Of a stretch of DNA of 64,000 nucleotides, positions 30,121 to 42,598 are shown one piece after another. Source of the DNA: Lophium mytilinum (Eukaryota); contig MU004192.1 of NCBI GenBank assembly GCA_010093605.1, positions 318,882 to 382,881 on the forward strand, in the 5' to 3' direction. The stretch's first letter is position 1. Every line of letters starts with the position of its first letter. The notes under the pieces are model-generated. The model saw nothing but the letters and a program-made list of their open reading frames with translations, searched no databases and was not told the origin of the DNA. The position numbers and the translations under genes were made by a program.

Positions 30121-32424
30121 ATGCGTTCAACTATCCAGACCTCCGGTCTTTTCCTTGCATCGTCTTTGCTTGGTCTTTCCGCTGCTCGTTCTGTGCAGCT
30201 TAGAGACACCCCTGTACCTCTGAACCCCCCCAGCTTCGACAACTGGAAGTACAAAGGGTGCTACTCGTAAGTGCGCCTTCACTCGTCTTATCATTTCAGC
30301 CCTGACGGCGACAACAGGGATATCCAGTCTTCTCGTACTCTTGCCATTGCGGCTCATTGGGGAGAACACGTGGACGATGACAACTGTGTTTACCAATGTA
30401 TTCAGCTTGGTCATATCTTCGCTGGCATAGAGTATGGTGGACAGTGCTGTAAGTTCCCTTCGACCTGTATTCAAGATCAGCCCACTGATCATTTATTAGA
30501 CTGCGGTGACTACGTCAACCCAATTGCCGGGGCCATAGATGAGTCCGACTGCTACATGCCCTGCACCAAGACGGCTACCCAAGCGTGTGGTGGTCCCAAT
30601 GCAATCACCCTCTACTATCTCGATGGCGCCACCCCTGTGGCTCCTCCCGCTGCAGTGGTGACGAACGCTGGCCCCGACGGCTGGGTATCGGAAGGTTGCT
30701 GGTCTGATTCCACGGCTGATCGCACTCTTGCCCATCGCGTCGACACCACTGGTGGAACCTCTGGCCTATCTATTGCTCTCTGTGTTGATGCGTGTAACGC
30801 AGCCGGTTACACTCTTGCTGGAGCTGAATACGGCGGCGAATGTTACTGCGATAACACTTACGCGAACGGCGCACTACTCGCAGATCAAACCAAGTGCAAC
30901 ATGCCCTGCAACGGCAAGATCTCCGAGTACTGTGGTGGCCCAGGCGCCATGAACTTCTACAGCTACGGAGGCGCAACCCCCGTTGGTGTAGCACCACCTG
31001 CGGCAACCTCAGTCACGCCAGTTACCAACATTCCTCTCCCATCGGCATGGGCCACTCTTGGGTGCTTTACCGATAACGTCGGTGCTCGCGCTCTGGCTCA
31101 TGGAATGAACGTGCCTTCCCTCACTGTTGATAAGTGTGTCAGCGCATGTGCCAGTGCCGGATACACCATTGCTGGTGTGGAATACGGCGGCGAGTGCTAC
31201 TGCGACAACGCTATCCAGAATGGCCAAGGGCAAGCACCGGACGGCTCTGTCGGCTGCAACATGGGCTGCAGTGGAAACGCTGGAGAGATGTGCGGTGGAT
31301 CCAACAGGATGAACGTCTACGCTGCTGGTCCCGCCTGGGTCAGTATCGGATGCTACACTGACCAAGTCTACGAGCGGACCTTGACCACCTTGGGCGCCTA
31401 TGACGGCCTCTTGACCATTTCGAAGTGCCAGGCCAGCTGCAAAGCTGCTGGCTTTGCCTATGCTGGAATGGAGTACCACAACGAGTGCCACTGCGGCAAC
31501 TCTTTCTCGAATGGAGGTGCCATTGCCCCTGATGGCAGTGCTGGATGCAGCATGACCTGTGACGGCGATTCTACCCAGATCTGCGGTGGCAGCAACAGGC
31601 TCTCCATGTACGAGTTCATCAACGCAGATGGGACCGTGGTCGCTCCAGCAGCAGCCAGCAGCACAGCCAGCAGCACAATTGTCTCCACTCCGACCCCGAC
31701 CCCAACTCCCTCTACTGCCGCGGCCCCAACCGACATCCCCACCGGCTGGGCATACAAGGGTTGCTGGACGGACCAAGCTCACGGCCGCATTCTCGCAAAT
31801 GGCCAACCGGATTCCACCACAAACACCATCGAGTCCTGCATCACGACCTGCGCCGGTCTTGGCTACGCCATTGCCGGCCTCGAGTACAGCTCCCAGTGCT
31901 TCTGCGACAACTACATCCAGAACCAGGGCGCGCTCGCATCTTCCGACGGCCAGTGCGCCATGAAGTGCTCCGGCAACAGCGGCGAAGTGTGCGGCGGCCC
32001 TAATCTCGTCAGCCTCTACGCCACCGCCGAGCCCGCCGCCGCGCCCGTGGCTGCCGTGAAGAAGACCAACCTCCCCGCGACCAGTGACGGGAAGACGTGG
32101 TCGTACGCCGGCTGCTACTCGGACCAGGATGGGAACCGCGACGTCGGCGAACCCGCAGCCGGCGCCCTCGAGCTCGAAAACTTCACGGGCAACTCGGCCG
32201 ACTGGTGCTTGACGCAGTGCGCCAGCAAGGGCTACGACGCGGCGAGCACCGAGTACAGCAAGCAGTGCTTCTGCGGCTACCAGAGCTTGTGGCCGAGCAA
32301 CCCGGCGCCGACGTTGTTAGATGATAGTCAGTGCAATATGGTGTGCACGGGCGATGATACGCAGCTGTGTGGTGGCGCGGGGACGACGTCGTTCTATAGA
32401 CTCAGCGCTCCTTCGGGAACTTAA
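30121..32424 (+). CDS. Secreted protein with six tandem WSC carbohydrate-binding domains; introns 30267-30317, 30449-30499
   Basis: Signal peptide MRSTIQTSGLFLASSLLGLSAA, then six W.Y/x.GC(Y/W/F).D...C...C...AG.EY..(E/Q)C.C...C.M.C.G...CGG modules. Confidence 0.9.
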
Positions 32425-33840
32425 GGCGCCGTTTAGTTGGCTGTGAGTCTGCGGTTTCTCGAAGTGGCGGGGGAGTTGTAGAGGCTGATAGCAAGGAGGA
32501 GAGCTATATACCCCGTTGGTCTAGCTGGACGACTGTATAATGATAATTTTTATTCGAATTGGACACACTACTCTCCAAACTGTACAGTACATATTATGAC
32601 TGGGTGTGAGACAGAAACAACGATTAGGTAGTGCATACCCAACGTCACGATTTTTCGCGAACCATTTCCTTTGCCTACATGCATCTAACTCCACCCAGCA
32701 CCACCCCGCCCACAACTCTTACACCTTCCTCGAATCCCTCTCACCTTTTTCCCCCATCCCGTTCTTCCCGCGCTCGCGTCGAGATGTACGCACCACCCCT
32801 GCGCTTCGGGTCCCGTACAGACGGGGCGCAGTACCCTGGGCCGATCGCCCGCTTCGCCGCGTGGGAGTCGGAAATACATTTATGTCCCAGCACGCTGGGA
32901 CGCGGGACCTTAGTGTATGCATTGTAATATAGAGGAGAGCGGGTCCAATATTCGGGCGTGTTGGTGTTGGGTGGTGATGGGATTGGGATGGACTGAGATT
33001 TGCGGATTGCTCGCATGGGATGCAGGGCGTGTAGGATTTTGGAAGGAGGGTTGGGAGGGAGGGTTGAAGCGGGTTAGGTGGATGCTGGTCGATGGTGAGT
33101 TGTCTCGTGATCCCGGGGGAGGATGCACGTGCGGGTGACGCGAGCGGCTGGGGGGACAGTATAAATAAAAAGTTTTCTTTTGCTTAGTTTGGTCGATCGG
33201 TGTGTTAGGAGTTGAATGGGAAAGGATCGAAAACCGACAAGAGTGAATCCTATGGGTTGGGGTGGGTGTGTTCGAGCCTAACTTCTGAGGCTGCTACCGT
33301 GTATGTTGGTACTGTGGTGGGAGAGCACTGATTTGCTGAGTTTCGTCGACACTGTTGATGTACAGAATCGATGGTTGTCTTAGTTTTGGTCTGTTGATGT
33401 TCCCGTCCGTATAAGGTAGTGATGAATAGCATCAAACTTTCACGCCGACGAGAAAGAATCGGGTCCCCTGTTCATAGAGCTAATAGCTGACACTGGTCGC
33501 GAAAGAGTTCAGATAGTTGTGCGAGGAAGAGGAGTGAGATGATAAAGACGACAAGTAATGAAGATTGAAATGAAGTGGTCATAAGTGCTTTACGATTTGG
33601 GGTATCATCACATGAATCTAAATTTACAGTAGTATTCTACAGGAAAGCGATGAACGGTCCGAACTCCTCGCCCGCTTGCCCAGGGGCGTGATATATCCGT
33701 CGCAGATATGTCTATGGGGTTTCATAGCTGACGGATGAACCCAGCCACAGCCCTCAACTTTTTCGAGCTGCGAAGGTATCGAATCATTTGACTTTAGACG
33801 AGTTATACATGAGAGCTACCTCGACTTTGGCTCTCGCAAG

Positions 33841-35493
33841 TTAATCTTCCAAAAGCTCCATGACAATCTGCGGGACTGTCTCCACACCCTCAGCGCGAAT
33901 AGCGCTAATGGGCACAGCCTGTAGCTTCTTCATCCATGCATTCCTGCGTCCACTCGGATGTGGTTGATCGCCCTTCTTGACGGCAGCTAAATAGTTCTGC
34001 AGCGCGAAGAAGTTCTCCTGCGTTTCCGGTAGATCCGCTTTTGACGCAACGACGAACCACGGCTTGGAAGAAATAGGCGGCATAGTGAGCTCTGGCAGTC
34101 CCTCTGGCGAATTGTTGTCAAAGAGGGCGGCTTGAACCTCAGACGGGGGCTTCCAATCGACCATACGTCTCTCAGTCTCAGAGTTTAGTTCTTGATGTCT
34201 GACTGCTTCATATTCTGCAACTTCTCTCCAGAGAAGTTTAAGTGCTGCGACGGCATCCCCGGCGGAGAGATCGACTACAAACGCGAGGACTGCCGCGCGT
34301 TCGATGTGTCTCAAGAAGCCTAACCCGAGGCCTTTGTCGAGATGTGCGTCTTCGATCAAGCCAGGAACGTCGGCGACGGTGAAGTTGTCCCTGAGCTCGC
34401 CATTTCGCCTTCGGGAATTGACTATTGGTCGACCTTTGTGGTTGTCGAGGACCACAGTGCCGACGTTAGGTTGCAATGTCGTGAACGCCCAGTCTCCAAC
34501 TCTTGCTCTGCTATTACTGAGTGCTCTGAGTAGAGTACTCTTTCCAGCATTTGGCAGGCCTACAAGCCCAAGATCTGCCAGTATCTTCAACTCCAGCTGC
34601 ATGTTCAGCTGCATGCCCTCATCCCCTTTTGTCGCTAGTTTTGGTCTTGAAATGTTCTGTGTTGCAAAGTGAGGATTGCCCATGCCGCCCATTGCTCCAG
34701 CCACCAACAGTTGAGGAGTCTCCATATGCTTATCGAGATCGAGCCATATCGGGGCCTGGGGCTGTACCGCCGCCAGAATTGACCTCCTCGGTTTTGGCAA
34801 GGGAGGGAACTCCCACCTCGCGACCTTGGAGGGCTCACTGCCCGGGAAGACGAGCCACTTATCCCTCCGCCAGCTCCCGCGAGTCTCCTCATGCGGCGAC
34901 TCTCCATACTTCTCTGCCTCACGATACGCTTCCTCTGCTTCCGTAATAGGGTCAAATCTTGATATTTCGCGCACAATTGTCCCGACAGGTACGGTGATGA
35001 GGACGTCGGCGCCCCTCTCACCACCCCTCATCTTGCCCTGCCCATTCTTCCCTCGTCCGGCCTTCAGCAGACTTCTCCTCGCCAGCTTGTGCAACGATGT
35101 CTCGCTGCGTACCGCTTGAATGTAGACGTTCCCTCCACTCCCCCCATCACCACCATTAGGCGGGCCTTCTTCAATGTACTTCTCCCGCACGAATGACACA
35201 CAGCCGTGCCCGCCAGCGCCACCGTGAATGGAGAGGACGCATCGGTCTGCAAAAGGTGTCGCAGAATACGATTCTGGAGACGGGTCCAGATGGGCTAATT
35301 TATCATCGGCAGAACAGTCTGCTATGGGCGAAGGAGGGGCTTGAGAGCTGGTGGAGGGCGCGACGGTGGAGTTGCATCGTCTGCTTGCTGCGACGAATCT
35401 GTGAGATCGAGAGGGTACTAGGCTGCAGTCGCCCAAGAAGGGGTAAAGAAAGGGCGTCAATGTGCCCCTGATGGTGCACCGGGCTGAAGACAT
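33841..35493 (-). CDS. MTG2: Mitochondrial Obg/CgtA family GTPase
   Basis: FADRC...GGAGGHGCVSFVREK...GGDGGSGG Obg fold, G1 GLPNAGKST, FTTL, G3 DVPG, GLGLGFLRHIER, G4 SKAD. The N-terminus resembles a presequence. Confidence 0.93.
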   Translation of the reverse strand: MSSARCTIRGTLTPFLYPFLGDCSLVPSRSHRFVAASRRCNSTVAPSTSSQAPPSPIADCSADDKLAHLDPSPESYSATPFADRCVLSIHGGAGGHGCVSFVREKYIEEGPPNGGDGGSGGNVYIQAVRSETSLHKLARRSLLKAGRGKNGQGKMRGGERGADVLITVPVGTIVREISRFDPITEAEEAYREAEKYGESPHEETRGSWRRDKWLVFPGSEPSKVARWEFPPLPKPRRSILAAVQPQAPIWLDLDKHMETPQLLVAGAMGGMGNPHFATQNISRPKLATKGDEGMQLNMQLELKILADLGLVGLPNAGKSTLLRALSNSRARVGDWAFTTLQPNVGTVVLDNHKGRPIVNSRRRNGELRDNFTVADVPGLIEDAHLDKGLGLGFLRHIERAAVLAFVVDLSAGDAVAALKLLWREVAEYEAVRHQELNSETERRMVDWKPPSEVQAALFDNNSPEGLPELTMPPISSKPWFVVASKADLPETQENFFALQNYLAAVKKGDQPHPSGRRNAWMKKLQAVPISAIRAEGVETVPQIVMELLED

Positions 35494-35994
35494 GCGCGGA
35501 TAGATTGGGAAAACGGTGTTTTGCAGCTTCAGTGTTGCGGAGAAGAGCTGGGACGAAATCGAGGTTTCAGCCTTACGAACTTCTCACTTGGCACTCCCTA
35601 GCCTCTGAGTGGACTCCCATAAATACCCTGTTCGGCGCGATCCATGGATTCACATGCTTATGAACAGGCAACATGCAATTCACAATACACCATTGGACCC
35701 TTTGAGCTGACCTCACGGCTTATATCTCTACTAATTTCAACACAGCAAATGGTCAGCCTCCCATGTGACAAGGCAAAAGGCCATGCGGCTCGTCGTACGC
35801 CTCAGCTCCTCGATAAGGCATCTGCCGATGGGCTACCTCTGGCCAAGGGGTGTACCGCGGCACCTATATAACCTCCAGGTCTCGGCCCCAGAAACCAACA
35901 CGAACTCGCATCTGTGTCAGATTGCTGCAACCTCCTTTCTCTACTAACAAGCCTTTGCGCGCGCGTGTCTTGGAATCCTCGCATCCAGGCCAGC

Positions 35995-37090
35995 ATGGCT
36001 CAGATCGTCAAGAACACCGCGTTGTCGCCCTACTTTACCGGTCCCTTATTGTTCCTTCTGGCTGGGGCGCCTGCATCCATTCGCGATCCAGTCCTCCTTC
36101 GGCTTCCGATAAAGTACCATGCGGCCATAATCAAATCCCTGAAATGGCTGCTCGCGCTTGGGCTTCTCCGGAAGGCGAACAGGGTGCTGAGCGACTGGGC
36201 CGACAACAAGTGGCTCTGGAACAATGACAAGAGCGTATGGGACTGGAAGAAAGAGGTTGCCGTAATCACGGGCGGCTCAAATGGAATCGGCGCAAAGGTT
36301 GTCAAGGATCTGGTCGCGAAGGGGATCAAAGTGGCTGTCGTCGATGTGCAGCCGCTTTCAGACGAGCTCCAAGGCTGTATGGCTGCCACAATCGCGTCGC
36401 ATTGGCATTGCTGACTCTCATGTTGATGTAGGGGCCAATATATCATACTTCCACTGCGACATTACCTCTCGCGACGCGGTACACAAGACGGCCGACGAGA
36501 TCCGCGCAGCATTGGGGCCGCCCTCGATCCTGATCAACAATGCCGGCATAGGCATCTCCTGTAACATTCTCGATGCGACACCGGAGGGTCTGCGCAAGAT
36601 CTTCGACATCAACCTCGTCAGTCAATGGTACACGGTGCAGGAGTTCCTGCCGGACATGCTCGCGAAGAAGAAGGGCCACATTATGACTACGGCCAGCATG
36701 GCTGCGTTCGTCGGCATCGCGGGCACGGCAAACTACTGCTGCACCAAGGCAGGGCTACTTGCGTTCTACGAGTCGCTGAATCAGGAGCTGAAGTATCGCT
36801 ACAATTGCCCGCAGATCAAAACGTCCATTGTCTGTCCAGGGTGGACCAAGACGCGCCTTACGACGTCGATCGAGCCGGCCTTGAAGGCGGCGGGGCAGCC
36901 ACCCCTGATGAGCGCCCAGACAGTTGCAGATGCGATGGTCAAGCAGATTCTCGCGGCAAAGAGCGGCACGATCATTCTGGGGCCAAAAGGTGCGCCTCTG
37001 CTGCGGGGCCTCCCGTCGTGGATGCAGGAACGCGCCCGGGACGGGACGGCCGAGCATGTCAAGGTGAACGCAAGCAGCGCCGTGTCGTGA
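35995..37090 (+). CDS. Membrane-anchored short-chain dehydrogenase (retinol DH/17-beta-HSD11-like); intron 36377-36431
   Basis: WDWKKEVAVITGGSNGIG, CDIT, LINNAGI, FLPDML...GHIMTTAS and YCCTK motifs. Confidence 0.88.
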
Positions 37091-37631
37091 GCTCGGACGA
37101 AGCTGCGACGAAGTTTCAGACCATGGGGAGCTGCGAGAGTGCGGCGAGGTGGGGTTGGAATCCAACAAGAGTTGGCCCTAGTGTACCTGTATCTGTACTT
37201 ATCCAGCCTGGGCTGTCTGCTCCCACGTGCAATCTAATGCTTGTTCTACCGATGTCAGGTCACAATCGGTGCCCGTCTTCCTGGAGCTCTCACACCATCT
37301 CGGGCCTGGTGATGTGCAGCGCATCGGAGCTATCTCCCACCAGATCAAAACGAGGGAGGATAAAGCTCAGCTTTGACACCTGAGCAGCCGTCCTTTGCAC
37401 CGCAGAGCCACGAGAATGGAAATAGCCTGTGGTTCCCGAGGTCCCTCTGTGACGGCGAGCGGCGCTTACGTATTGGGTGTGCCTTATGCCGTGTTGTGAA
37501 GCACAAGGGTGAGGCTCAAGCGGCTCAACCTGCAGCGCCTCGCCCAAGACAGGCACCAAGGCAGAACCTCGCGCGGCTCGCATTTGCTGCGTGTTTCATG
37601 TTTCACCCCAATCCGCTGGTGGGTATGCGGG

Positions 37632-37886
37632 CACGCGGGGGACAGAAAAAGCGGTACACCAAACCACCAAAATCGCTTAGGTCAGCGAAATACAACTTAA
37701 AGTAAAGCAGTCTACAGCCACTACTACTTAGTATATCAGTACAAATTTTAGACTGGTGGATAGAGCTGCTTTTAAAGATTATTTCCATTTGCTTTCCATA
37801 TACTGTTGTTTCAGAGCGTTAGGGAGTAATTGTGTTCTAAAAACGATAAGCGGTTTTGGTGTACCGCTTTTTCTGTCCCCCGCGTG
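37632..37886. mobile_element. 255-bp MITE with perfect 32-bp TIRs and a 5-bp TSD (GCGGG)
   Basis: CACGCGGGGGACAGAAAAAGCGGTACACCAAA at 37632-37663 and its exact reverse complement at 37855-37886. GCGGG flanks both sides. The interior is AT-rich. Confidence 0.9.
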
Positions 37887-38355
37887 GCGGGGTACGCTGG
37901 GATTAGTAGCCAGGAACGAGCGCTCCCGTATGCCAAATCTGAGGTTTAATTTGGGCCTCTAGGCTGGCGCCAGCTGCTGCATATCCGGCTGCAATGCTCC
38001 AGCACTGGACAACGGCAACTCGATAAGATTCTGACACGCACGAGGGGGAGTGGCCATATTCGGTGCATGGTTGTAAGCGTTGTCCAACAGCAGCACGCGC
38101 CGTTGCTATTGATAGCGGGAGCTTTGCCGTAGCGGCGGGTACGCCCATGTTGGAGTGCAGGGTGCTTCGCCTCGTTCACACCCAAAATTGTCCCCAACTC
38201 GATCATCGAATCCTCCAGTAGCCCCATTGCAGGAACATGGAGCGCGTTCCCGTGCCCGGTCTTAAGGACGGCGGGCTGCCCTGGCTCCATTGGCCTGTTG
38301 TCGCAACCTGTTCACTCAATCTTGCTGTTCTGAAGTCACTCTCTGGGACAATGCA

Positions 38356-40916
38356 ATGTGGGACAGAACTGTCTTTCTCGCCTTTTATACGACCATCGTC
38401 GCACAGAGTGTTACTGCCGCTCGTTTCCAACGTATGGACCTCAGCTTGAAGGCACAATATAGGTGCATGCGATCAGTTACTGACTGCGTGTAGATGGACG
38501 CTTTCTCAACACCACACGCCCTGCGACCAGCTCGTCGACGAAGTTCACAACACTTTCATCGACGACGTTGGCGGCCGAAACCTCTTCTCAGCATTCTTCC
38601 GTCCATGGCCTATCATCTACCCCAGTTTCGCGCGCTGTGGCGGTCTCAACGCCGAGTTCTTCTCCAGTGACGGTCCCGGCTTCCAGTCCCTCGACTCCGT
38701 CTTTGCCAACATTATTGTCGACGCTTTTGGAGACTAAGAGCCCTTCGCAAGGGGTTTCAGTCCTTGCTGTCTCATCTCCCACAGTGTCCTCTGCTGTGGT
38801 AGCGTCGACACCTCGCTCCTCTTTGGAGACTGATGGTCCTGATGGTAGGGCTTCCACTCATTCTCTTCCCTCTCAACCAATCCTGGCCAACCCTACGCTG
38901 GGCACTACTCAGAACGTGGCATCGACGTTGATCCCGATTGTCATCGTTCCAGCACCTACTCCCTCTTCACTCTATCTCTCTGGGTCCTCCACTCTTTCAG
39001 GCTCTGTAACACCAGATGCTCTGTTCACGAGTGCGATGGTCCCCGTTCCTACTTCTGCGTCAGTGTTGACAATTGATGTTCCAGCGACTCAACTTCCTGC
39101 TATTATTTCGTGGATCGAATCATATGCACAAGATTCTTCTACCTCAGTAGCCACGACATCTACACAATCATCACTCATACCGAGCTCAGCATTCTCGTCA
39201 GGAGTTCCAATCGCTTCCACGCCTACTGTCTCTCCACCCGTTCCATTATCATTCCCGACTAGTCTACCCACCGGAGTGAGCCTCTCGAGTGTTTCAAGTT
39301 TCATTCCATTGTTCACGCTGTCGCCAACGCTATCTCTACCATTATCGCCGACGCTAGTCAGCATCCCGACGCCCCTGACTATCCCCACGAGTTCAGACAG
39401 CAATTCACATCAAGACTTTTCATCGACTCCTCTCTTTCCCCTGCCTACACCAACAGCACATTCAGGATTGACTACGTCGCCCTCGTCAATGGCGGGAATA
39501 TCAGCCGGTACATCCTTCGCCGGCACAGCGCCATTTTCATCTTTCAGACAACCTTCTACACACCCAGTTCGAACGGATTCGGCATTGTCGGGAATGGCAA
39601 ATACTATGACAAATATACTATCACTACCTACCAGCGGGCCTACAGCAGCCCCTTCATTCCCCATATATGGTCAAACAACAGTCGGAAACGTTGTAACGGC
39701 TAAAAATTCGACCAGCACGCCTACGGATTTCCCTTTTATCATTTCTGGTTTAGAGACGAGTTTCCCGACTGCGACTACTCCCATCGGCAGCTTCTCCCCA
39801 TCTTCTGCATCTTCGATATTAATTGCGACAGCGCCTACGCCTGGCATACATAATACTGTATATAATACCACCCAACCAACCTTAGCGACTTCGGGACATC
39901 GAGGCTCAATATCTACCTCCGCCAGTACACCCGAATCCATTAATGCCGCTTCCAAAACCCCCTCCACAACTCCGACACACTCTGCCTCGCCCACGGGTAA
40001 TTGCATCCTGGACTCTAATCTCAACTACGTTTGTCTGTCCGCAACCCCCTCGCCAACCTCCTTCATATCTCTCATCTCCACCTCCACCTCAAGCTCCTCG
40101 TCCTCTTTCACAACTACAGCAGCCGCAGCCGGCGGCAACGGCAACAAATCCACCGCCCCGATCTCCAAATCCAGCATCGCCGGCATCGCCGTCGCCGTCC
40201 CCTGCGCCATCATCCTCGCCGTCATCGCCGCCCTCTACCTCCTCCGCCGCCACCACAACCGCGCCCTCGCCCACCGCTCCAGCTCCGGCGTCTACCCCGA
40301 GCTCGCCTACCTCTATGACCCGCCCATGCCCGCACGCATAGGCACGCCGCGAGGTCCCTCCGGCGGTGGTGCCGCCGCAACATCAACAACAACCATCACG
40401 CGCAAGCCCGTCGGCTCCGGCAGCACCCGCAGCAGCCCCCGCGCTCCCCGCGACTCCGGCAACGCCTTCCTCGCCCGCTACACCCCCGTGCTCGCCAGCT
40501 CCCCGCACTCGCCCGCGCCCTCGCCGCTGCCGCGGAGCCCACACCACGGCCCGCTGGCTGACCCGACGCCGCTGCCGCTGTACTCGGGCGATGGGTACGG
40601 GTACCACTTCAACGCGAGCGACGACATCCGGCCGCATTTTGGGAGTATGGTAACGTTGACGGGGGGACGCGAGGAGGGGGAGGTGGATGAGGCGGCGACG
40701 CTGTTGGGGGTGCCGAGTGTGGATGGGGCTGTGTGGCCCACCGCCCAGGGGTTGAAGCCGCCGCCGGCGAGGTATGTGCCGGATAGCGAGATGGCGGGGC
40801 CGTTTGTGCCGGGGGGGAGGTGGGAGGAGGTGGAGTTGGGGGATGAGGGGGTGAGGGCGAAGAGGGGGGTGGAGATGGGGTTTGCGGATCCGAGGTTGGT
40901 GGGGAGGGAGTTTTAG
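38356..40916 (+). CDS. Ser/Thr/Pro-rich mucin-like type I membrane protein; intron 38432-38493
   Basis: Signal-like MWDRTVFLAFYTTIVAQSVTA splices in frame into the 782-aa ORF. TM segment IAGIAVAVPCAIILAVIAALYLL is followed by RRHHNR. Confidence 0.82.
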
Positions 40917-41439
40917 GGGGGAAGAGTTCGAACGCATATGCATGGGTTTGGTGACTTGGAGTTTAGGGGTTTCTGTCGCATTCACAGGCGCTACGTCGTT
41001 TCCTTTGTTTTTTTTCTGGGCAGGAAAACTGCTTTCTAGTTCGCTTACCTCGTTGTATTAGTACGCTCTGTAGCGTTTGGTGGGTGCAGCATTTACATTG
41101 GGGATTGGGAGGGCTGGAGAGGAATGGCGGTAGGAAGTCGTAGTCGGCCGGGAGCTGCACGCGCGACATGTTGACTAGGACGAAGTGGCCACCTTCAGGG
41201 TCGGAGTACTGCGGAGAGATGGTGTGTTAGTTGTGACAAAGAGGTAACGTAAAAGGGTACATGTAGGGGCAGTACCGGTAACACCAGCTCGTCCCACACA
41301 GCATTGAACCTCGTCATCTTCCCCCGCATCTCCTTCTTACTTTGTTCCCAAAAATTGTGCTTGTCGGCCTCCTTAAACCTAATTGCTGTCGCTTCTTGCA
41401 GGGGCGACACACTGCTGTAGCAGATTCGTGTATGGGCCC

Positions 41440-41740
41440 CGGCGATGTACTTAATTAAATTCTCTAGCCTAATTAGCCAGCCTACGCGCGAACCCGTCGT
41501 GTAGAAGTTCTTCCCAGCGGAGCTAATAGTTAGAGTAAGCTTCTTAATTTCTAGAGAGAGCGTTATAACGCGTATAAAAGGGATATAGTAGAGGCAGTTA
41601 TGGACCTTATTACTAAGAATGATAATACTATATTTTATATATTTACCTTATTATCAATGTTTAAAAAAGGTATACCTATTAAAATTAGACTAGTTTACAC
41701 TAAACACGCGTCTACATGTCCTTAGACGCTTCGCAGAGGA
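41440..41740. other. AT/TpA-rich relic, likely RIP-mutated repeat fragment
   Basis: Abrupt drop in GC with dense TA/TAG/TAA words, next to a TIR element. Confidence 0.45.
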
Positions 41741-41869
41741 ATTTAGGGTGGAGGGAGGGAGGGAGGGCTGGGGGCGGTAAGTAAGGGGGTGGGACGGCCC
41801 TTACTGTATTGAGTGGTGGAACGCCTCAAAATGACTCGGAGAAGCGGCTGAGGCACTGACCTCAGTCCA

Positions 41870-42598
41870 CCTTACCGCGCCAAGCAGCTACGCGAACACG
41901 ATGCTGAGATTATGAGCACAAGCTTTTTGAATATGAAATCATTTTAATCCTGATATGATGGGACAATGATGTCCTAGTAAACCTGTGTTGTAGGAATATA
42001 GTGTTTGGGCCCTAACACGTTTTCTATAGAACATAATTTTCTATGAACATAATTTTTACCTAGCTTACGTAAGCTTGTATTTTTACCTATTACCTAAGCC
42101 CGCACTTTGGTACCTCTACCGGGGTAGCCCCCCACCGTGCCACCGTGCCACTATGCCACCGTGAGCCACCTGGGGTACCGTGGATTAGCTGGGCCTAGGT
42201 AAACTTTCTGAGATAGGAATTAATAAGAAAATTTCAGCCTAATAGCGTTGGTGTGGCAGTAGATGCAGTATTACCGAGGGAGTAAAAGAGGGGTACCTGA
42301 AGTAATCTTAATATGCCTGTTTTTGAATATAGTATTCCACTAAAACATGGTTTTAGCCCGAATATAATTTTCTTGGTAAACACGTGTTTTTTATAAAATG
42401 CTACTGAAACTATGCTTTAATAACAGCATATCTTTTTAAACATTATGCTAGTCTGTAGCAAGATATTGATATAATAAACTAACACCAGAATACCTAGCAG
42501 AACACGTATGTCAACATCATTCAAACATCGTGCTAGCATGATCTTCACGGCAGCACGGTGTTAACATCATATTCGTATACGGGCTTAGCGCGGTAAGG
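41870..42598. mobile_element. 729-bp non-autonomous TIR/foldback element, RIP-degraded
   Basis: 38-bp imperfect TIRs (28/38 identical) begin CCTTACCGCGC at 41870, with the reverse complement ending at 42598. CA dinucleotide on both flanks. AT-rich interior with a GC core of (CCACCGTG)-like repeats. Confidence 0.72.

Noticed and set aside
30009..30271. ORF-track starts for the WSC gene (30009 or 30271)
   Set aside because: ATG 30121 gives a signal peptide and the first WSC motif, and splices in frame.
40963..41410. Two short minus-strand ORFs as a real gene
   Set aside because: Fragmentary, no motif, and next to a TpA-rich relic; at most a remnant.
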